DNA from: Macrostomum lignano
Lineage: Eukaryota
DNA length: 64,000 nt
Direction: 5' to 3'
Assembly (NCBI GenBank): GCA_002269645.1
Contig: NIVC01000089.1
Location: 372,001-436,000, forward strand
Shown piece after piece: positions 25,116-37,994 of the stretch (the first letter of the stretch is position 1; every line of letters starts with the position of its first letter). A program made the position numbers and the translations under genes. The notes under the pieces were generated by a model. The model was not told the origin of the DNA, ran no database searches, and saw only the letters and a program-made list of their open reading frames with translations.

Positions 25116-28100
25116 CTACCGAGGCGGCAGGGAGGCGGCCACGGACACGGTGTCGACGGACGAAGCGTTTGACGACCGTCTCTGGTGGTTGTGCGCCAAG
25201 GAAGATGTGGGATAGAGCTTGTACCAGCCTATCACAATGTTGGACAGGTCAAGGTCATCTAGCAGGATCTGGCACACGCCCATGAATGCTTTGCGATCGA
25301 TGCGGCCGCAGTCGCCCCAGACTGTCACCTGGGAGTAGTGGCGGCGGGTGTGGGTGAATGCGAGTTGGGTGTTGAGTGAATGAACAGTGGGTGTGAGTGA
25401 ATAAACAGTGGGTGTGAGTGAATGAACGGTGGGTGTGAGTGAATGAACAGTATGCGTGAGTGAATGAACAGTATGTGTGAGTGAATGATCAGTGGATATG
25501 GGTGAATAAACTGATTGTCAGTGAAAGATCGGTGATCAAATCCAAGGCTCACCTGCAGAATCTTGCCCCGGAACTCCTCCAAGAAGATGAGCTGCTGCTG
25601 GTACAGCGGGTCCAGAGTCCTCCTAGTCACTGTGGTCTTCTGCTTCTCGACACAGTTGCGACCCTCGAGCAGGTAGACTTTCACGTAGGGCGCCGGCAGG
25701 AGCTTGGCGCCCTTCTTGGCGTAGAGACCTCGCGCTCGGATGACCTCCACCTCCAGGTGGCCTTTCCTGTTGTACAAACTCAGCTGGATCTCGCCAAGGC
25801 AGGGCGCGCCCAGCACCTGCCTGCCCACCAGCTGGCCGGGGCCCAGGCCGTCCACGAATTCCGTCAGGGCAGCCCTGCGGATTCAGGGCGGGTTCACTGG
25901 GTGCAGATTGGCGGGTTCACTGGGTGCGGATTGGCGGGTTCACTGGGTGCAGATTGGCGGGTTCACTGGGTGCAGATTGGCGGGTTCACTGGGTGCGGAT
26001 TGGCGGGATCACTGGGTGCAGATTGGCGGGTTCACTGGGTGCAGATTGGCGGGATCACTGGGTGCGGATTGGCGGGTTCACTGGGTGCGGATTCAGGGTG
26101 GGATCACTGGGTGCGGACTTGTTCCAGCCACTCACGGGTCCAAGCTGGTGAAGCTGCCCTCCCGCGAGCCACCGCCGAGCGACCGGCCAGACCTGCTGAC
26201 CCCCGAGGCCATCGGGTCGGGACCGACGGCGCCGTAACTGCCGACATCGCCTGCCGGGCCGCCGGCGGCCACCATGTGCATCGGCAGCACCTCCTCGGAG
26301 CGGATGGAAGTCTTGTGCCTGCGTTCTGAAGATTTGAAACGTGGAGTTAGGCCATTCTCTAATTCAGAATCGCCATTCCCCAATTTAGAATCGCCATTCT
26401 CTAATTCAGAATCGCCATTTCCTAACTCAGAATCACCATTCTCTAATTCAGAATCGCCATTCTCTAATTCAGAATCGACATTCTCTAATTCAGAATCGTC
26501 ATTCTCTAATTCAGAATCGTCATTCTCTAATTCAGAATCGTCATTCTCTAATTCAGAATCGTCATTCTCTAATTCAGAATCGTCATTCTCTAATTCAGAA
26601 TCGCCATTCTCTAATTCAGAATCGCCATTCCCTAATTCAGAATCGTCATTCTCTAATTCAGAATCGCCATTCTCTAATTCAGAATCGCCATTCCCTAATT
26701 CAGAATCCAGAACCCCGAGCTCCCCAGCGCACCCTGCAGGTTGTTGGTGCTGTTGCTCTTCCTGCCCAGGCTGGGGAACAGAGTGCTGAACCGGTGTCCG
26801 GAGCTGGAGCGACGGCTCCGGCCGCTAGCGGACGCCGAGGAGGCAGCGGCGGCGTCCCCGTGAGCGGAGATTTTTCGCCCGGTCGCTCCAGCGGCTGCGG
26901 ACATCGCCGAGGAGCGGGACGCGGTGGCGGAAGCTGCGGCGGCATGCGCAGCGGCGGCACCTCCGCGCATCATCCTCGGTCGTTCGCTCTGCGTCGAAAC
27001 GACGGACAGTTTCGACAACTCGGAGGCGGCGTCTGAATTCTCCGAGACGTCGCTGCCGCCCTCTTCGAAGTCGGGCCCGGCGCCTGGTCGGCGCCGATGC
27101 TGCTGCTGCTGGTACTGCGGGTGCTGCTGGTAGGCGTAGGGGTACCGCGGCTGCGGCTGGTCCGCCTGGAACTCATCTGACTGTCTTCGATGACGCGGCC
27201 GGCCGGTGACGCATTCGGACGCGGCCGGACTGGCCGAGCGGTCCAGCGAGTACGAGCTGCTCCGGCCGTAGCCGCCTCTGCTGACGCCACCGCCAACCAG
27301 ATGCTGCTGAGGCAGGATTGGCAGCTGTCGCTTCCGACTGTTGACGCCGCCGAAGTCGCTGGTTGGGGACAGGGTCCGGCCTGTCGGGTCGAAGCCAATC
27401 ATCGCCCGGCTGCGTTGTTCTGGAAAACATGCTCAAAAATTAGATGACAGTAACTGTTTAAATTAATAAATGCAAATTTATACTCATCCCATTCGGAGTA
27501 TTAAAATTTAGCTGAGACTTATCCATTTAAATTTTAATCTGACCAACCAGAAATCAATTCTGAAAATCAATCCGGAAAATCAATCCGGAAAATCAATCCG
27601 GAAAATCGGAACACCGGAATACTAAGCCGGGAAATTAACCCGAAAGTCAGTCCGAAAATCTATTTATTATCTAACTTAAGTACAAAACTAATTTCAAGAA
27701 AAGTTTTTTATCATGTGAAACTAGTTTGGGAGAATAAATTTAACATAACTTTTTAAACTTACCATATCGATACGAGTCCACAAAATCGTTACTGAATGTC
27801 TGCAATGTTAAGCAGGTTGGCACACATACATGCATCAATTGTTCGTCTGACTCTACATATTTTTACGAAACTCACCGGAGTTGGGGCATCCGACTCGCAT
27901 TGCGAGGTCAAACTGTACCAGGCCGGCTCATTGTTCAGGTCGCATTCGATCAGGTTCAGGGTAGTCTGAAATGCCAGTTGTTTTTGTACGGCTTGCAATT
28001 CGTGCTTCAAATCTAATGGGAAAGATGTACATTTTGTGTGAAGATTCTGTGGCATGTCAGATCTAGACTGTCAGAAGATTTGTGTCAAAACTTAGGTCTG

Positions 28101-31100
28101 GAGCTGTCAGATGTAGAATGTCCGCTATAGAATGTCAGATATAGAATGTCAGATATAGAATGTCAGATATAGAATGTCAGATACAGAATGTCAGATATAG
28201 AATGTCAGATATAGAATTTCAGATACAGAATGTCAGATATAGAATGTCAGATACAGAATGTCAGATACAGAATGTCAGATATAGAATGTCAGATATAGAA
28301 TGTCAGATACAGAGTGTCAGATACAGAATGTCAGATATAGAATGTCAGATACAGAATGTCAGATACAGAATGTCAGATACAGAATGTCAGATACAGAATG
28401 TCAGATACAGAATGTCAGATACAGAATGTCAGATACAGAATGTCAGATATAGAATGTCAGATATAGAATGTCAGATATAGAATGTCAGATACAGAATGTC
28501 AGACCGATGGCCCAGACTCCACCCCAGCAAACAGACCTCTCCAATGAGTTGTTTGCCATTTCTGTCATCTGAGTCGATGACTTCGATCTGCAGGCTGCCC
28601 CTGGCCACGATTTCCTCCGTGACGGGCGCGAAGGTGAACAGCTGATTCCATTGGGGGTCGAAGCTGAACGGCACCACTTTGGACTTGCGCTTCTGGCTGC
28701 CAATTGCGGGGTGGGTTCAACGGGAAAGGTTTTGAGCTCAGCTTTGAGCAGCATAGACTTAAAGCTTGAGCATAGCCGCCTCATGCTGTGGCTCCTGTGT
28801 CTTCTTAGGGTGGGCTCCTGTGTCTTCTTAGGGTGGGCCCCTGTGTCTTCTTAGGGTGGGCCCCTGTGTCTTCTTAGGGTGGGCTCCTGTGTCTTCTTAG
28901 GGTGGGCCCCTGTGTCTTCTTAGGGTGGGCTCCTGTGTCTTCTTAGGGTGGGCTCCTGTGTCTTCTTAGGATGGGCTCTTGTGTCTTCTTAGGGTGGGCT
29001 CCTGTGTCTTCTTAGGGTGGGCTCCTGTGTCTTCTTAGGGTGGGCTCCTGTGTCTTCTTAGGGTGGGCTCCTGTGTCTTCTTAGGGTGGGCTCCTGTGTC
29101 TTCTTAGGGTGGGCTCCTGTGTCTTCTTAGGGTGGGCCCCTGTGTCTTCTTAGGGTGGGCCCCTGTGTCTTCTTAGGGTGGGCTCCTGTGTCTTCTTAGG
29201 GTGGGCCCCTGTGTCTTCTTAGGGTGGGCCCCTGTGTCTTCTTAGGGTGGGCCCCTGTGTCTTCTTAGGGTGGGCTCCTGTGTCTTCTTAGGGTGGGCCC
29301 CTGTGTCTTCTTAGGGTGGGCTCCTGTGTCTTCTTAGGGTGGGCCCCTGTGTCTTGATATATTCAGGTAAAAAACATTTTATGATAGATTTGCCCTGTTC
29401 AAAAGATGGCTGAAACTAAAAGTCCAGCTCAACCGGCCTGCGCACGCCTCTGCACACAGGCACGGTACGCTCTAGTCGTCTGCTCCCTCTCCAGAGACTC
29501 TCTGCTCACTCAATCTCCGGTACAAGACCGAGCACAGCGAATGCGCTCGGTGGTGCACCGTCTGGAGCCGACGGTGCCAGCCCAAAGGCCGACATCAGGC
29601 AGCAGGTCAGCTGGCAGACCAACGGGTCGAACCACAGCTGAAGCTGGATTCGTCCAGCCGAACTGAATCGCGGAATCGGCGATGCGGCGCCGGCCATGTC
29701 CTGCGAGGCGGTTCGCGTGATCCGCATGGTTGGGATGCGGCTGTTGGTCAGGGGCGGCTCCGCGGTGTTGCTGGCAGCCCTGCAAGGATTGGTGGTAATT
29801 AGTGCTTCGTTGCAGCCCATATGTTGCTCTCTGGCCTAGAGCTCTTCAACCTCCTCACTGCCTGCCCCGCCACCCCATTCTTCAACCCTCCCCACTGCCT
29901 GCCCCGCCACCCCATTCTTCAACCCTCCCCACTGCCTGCCCCGCCACCCCATTCTTCAACCCTCCTCACTGCCCGCCTCGCCACCCCATTCTTCAATCCT
30001 CTTCACTGCCTGCCCCGCCACCCCATTCTTCAATCCTCCTCACTGCCCGCCTCGCCACCCCATTCTTCAACCCTCCCCACTGCCTGCCCCGCCACCCCAT
30101 TCTTCAACCCTCCTCACTGCCCGCCTCGCCACCCCATTCTTCAATCCTCTTCACTGCCTACCCTGCCACCCCATTCTTCAATCCTCTTCACTGCCCGCCC
30201 CGCCACCCCATTCTTCAACCCTCCTCACTGCCTGCCCCGCCACCCCATTCTTCAATCCTCCTCACTGCCCGCCTCGCCACCCCATTCTTCAACCCTCCCC
30301 ACTGCCTGCCCCGCCACCCCATTCTTCAACCCTCCTCACTGCCCGCCTCGCCACCCCATTCTTCAATCCTCTTCACTGCCTACCCCGCCACCCCATTCTT
30401 CAATCCTCTTCACTGCCCGCCCCGCCACCCCATTCTTCAACCCTCCTCACTGCCCGCCTCGCCACCCCATTCTTCAATCCTCTTCACTGCCTACCCCGCC
30501 ACCCCATTCTTCAATCCTCTTCACTGCCTACCCCGCCACCCCATTCTTCAACCCTCCTCACTGCCCGCCTCGCCACATTCTTAACCTTCTCGGTGTCTGC
30601 CCCGCCACCACCAACTCACCCATTAGATCGTCTGGCGGCAGTTGGTGCAGATGCTGCTGCTGCTGCTGTTGCAAATATTTAGCTTCCATTTCTTGCGTGC
30701 CGTCGCTGCAAGAGATAATAATTTAATTACATGATTAAACTTTTTATTATTCTGTCACAGTTAAATTTTCTAAGAATCCAGGACAGGCCGACACTCACTC
30801 CAAAGGCCGCTGTACAACTAGCTCAATCTGCCTGTCGCTTTTGCACTCCACCAAGATGGCGAACACCTCCTCGAATGTGAGGCCCTTCAGAGAGCGATTG
30901 TTCCACTCCAGCACCTCGTCATCTGGCCGAAGTTTGCCGACGCGGTCGGCCACGCTGCCCGGCTTCACCTTGGTGATGAAGGCACCAAGCCTGCCGGACA
31001 GAGTCATGCGACCGCCGATCACCTTGACACCTGGAGTGGAGCGGGTAGGGCTTGCAGATTGGGCTGCTTGTCTGGGTTGATTTGGGCAGAGGCGCAGGGT

Positions 31101-34100
31101 GGGGTTAGCGGGTTATGAAAGAATCACAGAGAGGGTTGCTAGGGCCCGCTGAAGGATCAGGGAGGGGGTAGCTAGGGCCCGCTGAAGGATCAGAGAGGGG
31201 GTTGCTAGGGCCCGCTGAAGGATCAGGGAGGGGGTAGCTAGGGCCCGCTGAAGGATCAGGGAGAGGGTAGCTAGGGCCCGCTGAAGGATCAGAGAGGGGG
31301 TAGCTAGGGCCCGCTGAAGGATCAGGGAGGGGGTAGCTTGGGCCCGCTGAAGGATCAGGGAGGGGGTAGCTAGGGCCCGCTGAAGGATCAGGGAGGGGGT
31401 AGCTAGGGCCCGCTGAAGGATCAGAGAGGGGGTTGCTAGGGCCTGCTGAAGGATCAGGGAGGGGGTAGCTAGGGCCCGCTGAAGGATCAGGGAGGGGGTA
31501 GCTAGGGCCCGCTGAAGGATCAGGGAGGGGGTAGCTAGGGCCCGCTGAAGGATCAGGGAGGGGGTAGCTAGGGCCCGCTGAAGGATCAGAGAGGGGGTAG
31601 CTAGGGCCCGCTGAAGGATCAGGGAGGGGGTAGCTAGGGCCCGCTGAAGGATCAGGGAGGGGGTAGCTAGGGCCCGCTGAAGGATCAGGGAGGGGTAGCT
31701 AGGGCCCGCTGAAGGATCAGGGAGGGGGTAGCTAGGGCCCGCTGAAGGATCAGGGAGGGGGTAGCTAGGGCCCGCTGAAGGATCAGAGAGGGGGTAGCTA
31801 GGGCCCGCTGAAGGATCAGGGAGGGGGTAGCTAGGGCCCGCTGAAGGATCAGGGAGGGGGTAGCTAGGGCCCGCTGAAGGATCAGGGAGGGGGTAGCTAG
31901 GGCCCGCTGAAGGATCAGAGAGGGGGTAGCTAGGGCCTGCTGAAGGATCAGGGAGGGGGTAGCTAGGGCCCGCTGAAGGATCAGGGAGGGGGTAGCTAGG
32001 GCCCGCTGAAGGATCAGAGAGGGGGTAGCTGAGTAGCAAGTTGAGTCGAGTAGCCAGCGTCAGTCCCGACTCACCCAAGTCCAGCACATTGCCCCGATCG
32101 TCCAAATCCTTGGTGAGCAGCATGTGGCCGATGACTCTGCGCCTATCGCTGTGCACTTGCCAGGTCACCGGGTGCTGAGTAGAAAAATTACACGTGGATA
32201 AATGCAAAACGCGAGAATAATAAATATCCTACTGATCAAAGTAGCAACTAGCGAGTTTAACGTCAGTTTCATAAAAATCTGTTAAAACCGGGGGTGCAAA
32301 TTTTTATTGCAAATTGTCAACACCCGTCTTTCCTCAGGCAATGAAACTCAAGGCTCGCACTAAGACAGATCGACACGCACTAATGTCTACTGAAAAATTT
32401 ATACTCGTATTATATAAACCAATCTGATAGCAGGGGGAAAACATGTCATGAATTTTTTAATCAAGAAGTTTTAGAGTTCTAAATGTATTCTCAAATTCCT
32501 CGGACACTTACCGACAGAAAACTTTTCACTTTGGCATCGATGGCCGCCTGCCGCCTTCTGTCGCTGCCTGCAATGCGTGTTGTGACCTTTTTTTGTGAGG
32601 AAAACTCTGTGATATGCAACCCGCACAGACACAACAGACTGCAGACACCTCAGACTGCACAGACACAACAGACTACAGACACCTCAGACCGCACAGACAC
32701 CTCAGACCGCACAGACACCTCAGACCGCACAGACACCTCAGACTGCGGACACCTCAGACCGCACAGACACCTCAGACCGAACAGACACCTCAGACCGCAC
32801 AGACACCTCAGACCGCACAGACACCTCAGACTGCAGACACCTCAGACTGCAGACACCTCAGACTGCAGACACCTCAGACCGCACAGACACCTCAGACTGC
32901 AGACACCTCAGACCGCACAGACACCTCAGACTAAACAGACATCTCAGACTGCAGACACCTCAGACTGCAGACACCTCAGACCGCACAGACACCTCAGACC
33001 GCACAGACACCTCAGACCGAACAGACACCTCAGACCGCACAGACACCTCAGACTGCAGACACCTCAGACTGCAGACACCTCAGACTGCAGACACCTCAGA
33101 CTGCACAGACACCTCAGACTGCAGACACCTCAGACCGCACAGACACCTCAGACTAAACAGACATCTCAGACTGCAGACACCTCAGACTGCAGACACCTCA
33201 GACCGCACAGACACCTCAGACCGCACAGACACCTCAGACCGAACAGACACCTCAGACCGCACAGACACCTCAGACCGCACAGACACCTCAGACTGCAGAC
33301 ACCTCAGACTGCAGACACCTCAGACTGCAGACACCTCAGACCGCACAGACACCTCAGACTGCAGACACCTCAGACCGCACAGACACCTCAGACTAAACAG
33401 ACATCTCAGACTGCAGACACCTCAGACTGCAGACACCTCAGACCGCACAGACACCTCAGACCGCACAGACACCTCAGACCGAACAGACACCTCAGACCGC
33501 ACAGACACCTCAGACTGCAGACACCTCAGACTGCAGACACCTCAGACTGCAGACACCTCAGACTGCACAGACACCTCAGACTGCAGACACCTCAGACCGC
33601 ACAGACACCTCAGACTAAACAGACATCTCAGACTGCAGACACCTCAGACTGCAGACACCTCAGACCGCACAGACACCTCAGACCGCACAGACACCTCAGA
33701 CCGAACAGACACCTCAGACCGCACAGACACCTCAGACTGCACAGACACCTCAGACCGCACAGACACCTCAGACCGCACAGACACCTCAGACTGCAGACAC
33801 CTCAGACTGCAGACACCTCAGACTGCACAGGCACCTCAGACCGCACAGACACCTCAGACTGCAGACACCTCAGACTGCAGACACCTCAGACTGCACAGGC
33901 ACCTCAGACCGCAAAGACACCTCAGACCGCACAGACACCTCAGACTGCAGACACCTCATACTGCACAGACACCTCAGACTGCACAGACAACTCAAACCTA
34001 CAAACATCCCCTGAAATCCAATTCAGCTAGCCCAGCCTCTTGCCTCTCTCCATCCCGAGCTCCGGTTCTGGCTCCGGGTCCCAGCAGTTGGCGGCCACCG

Positions 34101-37100
34101 GATCTGAGCCGGCCACACCTCGCTGCTCTTCGTCGCTGGAGCTGAAGCTGAACTGCTGCGGCTGCGGCTGCGGCTGAGTCAACTGTTTCGGCTGATGTTG
34201 TTGGTGTTGCTGATGCTGCTGCTGATGAGTCCGGCTAGAGGAGACTGTGGCGGCATTGTACTGACCCGACGGATCGTAAATTCTTCTGCTGCCACCGCCG
34301 CTGCCACCGCCGCTGCCACCGCCGCTGCCACCACCGCTGCCACCGCCACCGCGTCTTCGAGGCGACGCCGATGACGCGGTTGCAGCGTTGGGAGCGGTGG
34401 GGTCGTCACCTGCTGGTGGCGCCTGTCGTTGATGTCGCTGCTGCTGTTGTTGCGGCTGCTGCTGCTGTTGTTGCGGCTGCTGCTGCCTCTGCGATTGCCG
34501 AGGTGAGCGGTACTGCTGCTGCTGATGGTCTTGAGCCTCCGATCGGGCTCGAACCGCGGCCGACGACGGTGCCCCGGCGCCGGCGCCGGAAGCGCGCGAA
34601 TTCGGGCGCGCCGTCGCAGCAGAGGCGTCGTTGCTGCCGCCGCCGCCGCCGCTGCCGTTGTTGTTTGGAAGTCTCGGCGACTGCCGACCAGAGCTGTCAG
34701 TGAGGGAATTTTGCCTGGGGGAGGTTTGAGGTAACTGAGGTTTGAAGAATGCAGCTCCCCCCAGAGCTAAAACTCCGAAGGAAAATAATAGTTTTTAAGA
34801 TGCTTTTCAACCGAAAACTTCCCCAAACTCCCAGCCTTTTTGGATCTGAAGCAACGAGTTGAAAACAGAATCGAGCAATCCAGGACAAACTCGCAGGTAA
34901 TTTGCATTTGGATCTCACCTGACTAGGTTTTGCGAATTGCTTCTGTTTTGAGATTTTTGCCGCGGCTGCTGCTGCTGAGGCTGCTGCTGCCGATGTTGCG
35001 GCTGCTGCTGTTGCGATTTTTGATTTTCTTGCTGCTGTTTCTGACTCTGGTTGGCAACTGCACTGTTAGCCTGAGACCCAGAAGGTGCAGCAGCGGCAGA
35101 CCCGGTCATCGTCGCTGACGTGGCGGCTGCCGAGGCGCCTCCAGCCGACGCTCCACTTCGACGCCCAGCTGGCTGGCAGTTGGTGCAGACCCAGACGCTC
35201 TGCGAGTTTGGAATTATCTATAGTCAACTTTGATAGAAGTTCGCAGTTCCCCGAGGGCAGAAATTAAACGGTTGCTCAGACAAAAACTCCAAGTTGAGAA
35301 ACTACTTCAAGTAGAACATATACTGGTAGAACAGAACAGGCTGGCGTGCGAAGGCGTGTTGCGACCAGCGAAAGCAAAATTGAAAGGAACGGATAGAAGG
35401 AGAGGTGAGAAGAAGAGAAAGGGGGAGAGAGTAGAGAGAGGAACAGAAGAGAGAGAAGAGAGACGGAGAGAGAGGAGAGGACAGGAAGAGGAGAGAGGAG
35501 AGATGGGGGGAGAGAGGAAAGAGAGAGAAGAGAGACGGAGAAGAGAGAGACGGAGAGAGGGGAGAGAGAGAAGAGGGGAGAGGGGAAGAGAGGGAGATGG
35601 GGAGAGATAAAGGAGAGGAGGAGAGGGACGGGAGAGAGAGGGGGCATAGAGAGGGAGAGGGAGGGGGAGAGGGAGAGGCAGAGGGAGAGGGAGAGGGAGG
35701 GGGAGAGGGAGAGGGAGAGGGAGAGGGAGAGGAACTCCCGGTACCGCAGAGCAGCGGCGAGAGGACAGAAGACCAGGAGGGAGAGAAGAGCAGCCAGAAA
35801 GCCCAGAGGAATCCAAAAGCGGCTTAGCTGGCACAAGAAGCGGAGAGTTAGCGCGCCGGGGACTTGGCTGACAAGCCGCAAATATGCCGGAGCCAGAGCG
35901 GGCCGGCAGGGGCGGCCAGTGTGCAATTCAGTAAGCAGGGAGCCCGGCATCTGGACTGCAGCTCTAATTGGCGGAGAAATCCACTTGATGCGCCCTAACG
36001 CGCTGCCGCCGCCTCTGCCTTTCCTTCTGCCAACCCCGGCTCTGGCAGATCCGTACTGCATGCGTATCTGCGTGTATCTGAGTAACATGTCTGATTTTTC
36101 AACCGCATTCTCTGGGGACGAAAATTCGTGGCTGCCTTCGTTACGCTCTCGCACTCACTCCACTCTTTGAACTGGATATTGGATGGGCGCTCCCGGAAGC
36201 GCCTGACTTTGCTCGAGTTCTTTCTTGGGAAGACAAGCGGGTGTGGAGAGCAGCCGCATGGCTTCGCGTGGATGCTTGAGGCCTTGTAAAGCCTTCGATT
36301 GTATGCACTGAGGAGCTTTCTCTAGGAATCTTTTAGTCCTTTGTGTGAGAGAGCAGAGGGAGAGGGAAGGAGTGAAAATGGAAAGGAAGTGTAAGTGAGA
36401 GATGGAGATACGAGTAGGACTGGTAGAGACAAGAGGTAGGGAGAGAGGGGATAGGGAGAGGGGAGAAAAGTGAGAGAGCGATGGAGATAGAAAAGAGGGA
36501 GATAGGAGGGAGGGAGATAGGAGAGAAAGAGATAGGGAGAAAAGGGAGAAAGCGATGGAGATAGAAGAGAGGGAGATGGGGAGATAAGAGAGAGGGAGAT
36601 GGGGAGGTAGGAGAGAGGGAGATAAGAGAGAGGGAGATTTGAGAGAGGGAGACGGGAGAGAGGGAGATGAAAGAGAGGAAGATAGAAGAGGGAGATAGGA
36701 AATGGGGAGATAGGAGAGATTGAGATAGGAGAGGGAGATGGGAGAGAGGGAGATGAGAGAGAGATAGGAGAGAGGAAGATGGGAAACAGAGATTGGAGAG
36801 GGGGAGATGAGAGATTTGGATTCTTAAAACACAGGAACTTGGACAGAGACGGGATTGAGATGAATGCGTATAATTATACATTTGAATGCTTACGTACAAT
36901 GGCTAACGACAGTCATTCAAGCTTAGGCGTGCAGCGTTAACAATCAGCAAAGATGACAAGTAAGGAACTTCAATTAAAGTGCGAGTTTTCTGTGCAAAAG
37001 CTACACGGGTTGTGAAACGAGAAATAACAAGCGAACTAAACTGATATAAAGTCTAAAGTCTAGAAAGGACCAACCATAACATGCTTCAAATCTAACGCAA

Positions 37101-37994
37101 GGACCACTGGTAGAGCTGTACGTGCGGAAGAAACTTTAATGTTTTTGTTTTTAGCACTAAACTTTTAGTATACTGGACTAGCCATCTTGAGCCCCCGTAG
37201 GTAGGCAAAAAAGGAAGGGATCGTTTATTTTCGAAAAAAATTAAAAAGGCTTTCGTCTGAATATCAAGCTTTCCTGCTTAAGATATCATCTTTCCTCTGA
37301 GATTTGACTCAAAGCATCTCACCTTTGAGCCATTATGCTAAAAACCTAACCCTCTAACTTCCCCTTCCCAGTATGCATTTTTCTCCGAGGCTGTTTCGAA
37401 AGTTTTCATCAATTTTGATTCAAAAAGTCCAAGGAATGGCGAGACTAGCAGTGGTCCTTGCCCGAATCTCTACCAACCTAACTCCCTTACCCTGGTCACT
37501 GATGCAGCGTTTGCATCGCTCGATGATGAGGCTGCTGCAGAAGAATCCTGACGGCAAAGGGCGAGTTGACCAGTTAACTCTAGTTAAGTAGTTTAAGCTT
37601 ACACGGCGTTTCTGTGCTTCGAAGGCCATAACTCTCTTACCTGCGTAGGTTTAATGCTGGTCTTTGTCCCGCACCTGGCGCAGGTCTTTAGCCGGCAATA
37701 GTGGCACAGGTGCCCGTAGCCTTCGGCGTATTTCACTCGGCAGCACACCTGACAGGTGCCGCCCTCGCTGACTGCCAGCTTCGGAATCGTCGACGGGGCG
37801 ACGGCGGCGGCGGCGGTGCCGGCGGGCAGGTCGGCATCGTGTGGTCCCGCCTGATCCTCGCCCGGCCGCCCGGCTGCCCGCACGCCGATCTCGTCCTGAA
37901 TTCCCCTGAAAGCGTTCTCGGCCTGGTCAGTGACCTGCTTGGCCTGGTTCGACACCCAGTCGAATACTTTGCTGCCGAAGCCGCCAAAGTTCAT
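25116..37994 (-). CDS. RIMS: RIM/UNC-10 presynaptic active-zone scaffold (Zn finger, PDZ, C2A, PxxP, C2B), ~1213 aa core
   Basis: Exons 37994-37641, 35199-34919, 34693-34044 (GC donor), 32567-32512, 32174-32075, 31030-30799, 29779-29510, 28696-28537, 27965-27876, 27799-27763, 27419-26733, 26325-26136, 25874-25553, 25328-25116 total 3642 nt in frame. Optional exons 37547-37491 and 30705-30586. Motifs: CQVCCRVKYAEGYGHLCHYC, HPVTWQ, GRLGAFITKVKPGS, DGLGPGQLVGRQ, APYVKVYLL, IVIGWYKLY. Confidence 0.93.
25345..25500. repeat. 21-bp minisatellite (GTGTGAGTGAATGAACAGTGG)n
   Basis: Last RIM intron. Confidence 0.85.
25885..26115. repeat. 23-bp minisatellite (TTGGCGGGTTCACTGGGTGCAGA)n
   Basis: RIM intron 26135-25875. 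Confidence 0.93.
26355..26708. repeat. 21-bp minisatellite (CATTCTCTAATTCAGAATCGY)n
   Basis: RIM intron 26732-26326. Confidence 0.95.
28120..28503. repeat. 14-bp minisatellite (AGAATGTCAGATAY)n
   Basis: RIM intron. Confidence 0.95.
28790..29355. repeat. 23-bp minisatellite (GGCYCCTGTGTCTTCTTAGGGTG)n
   Basis: RIM intron inside the C2A-coding region. Confidence 0.95.
29845..30580. repeat. 37-bp minisatellite (CCACCCCATTCTTCAACCCTCCTCACTGCCTGCCCCG)n
   Basis: RIM intron. Confidence 0.95.
31125..32030. repeat. 33-bp minisatellite (GGGCCCGCTGAAGGATCAGGGAGGGGGTAGCTA)n
   Basis: RIM intron within the PDZ-coding region. Confidence 0.95.
32635..33975. repeat. 16/18-bp compound minisatellite with a 222-240 bp higher-order repeat
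   Basis: CTAAACAGACATCTC marker at 32931, 33153, 33393, 33615. Confidence 0.93.
35400..36820. repeat. Two GA-rich low-complexity tracts (35400-35730, 36350-36820)
   Basis: Direct reading; RIM intron. Confidence 0.85.

Noticed and set aside
29802-34030. ORFs of 260-515 aa on the plus strand and the ATPSLILQRAL extension of 31113-32207
   Set aside because: They are intronic RIM minisatellites; only 32174-32075 of the minus ORF is a real exon.
36166-36322. Possible extra RIM exon with AG...GTGAGT ends
   Set aside because: The entry phase does not fit neighbouring exons in a frame with any homology, and the Zn finger joins correctly without it.
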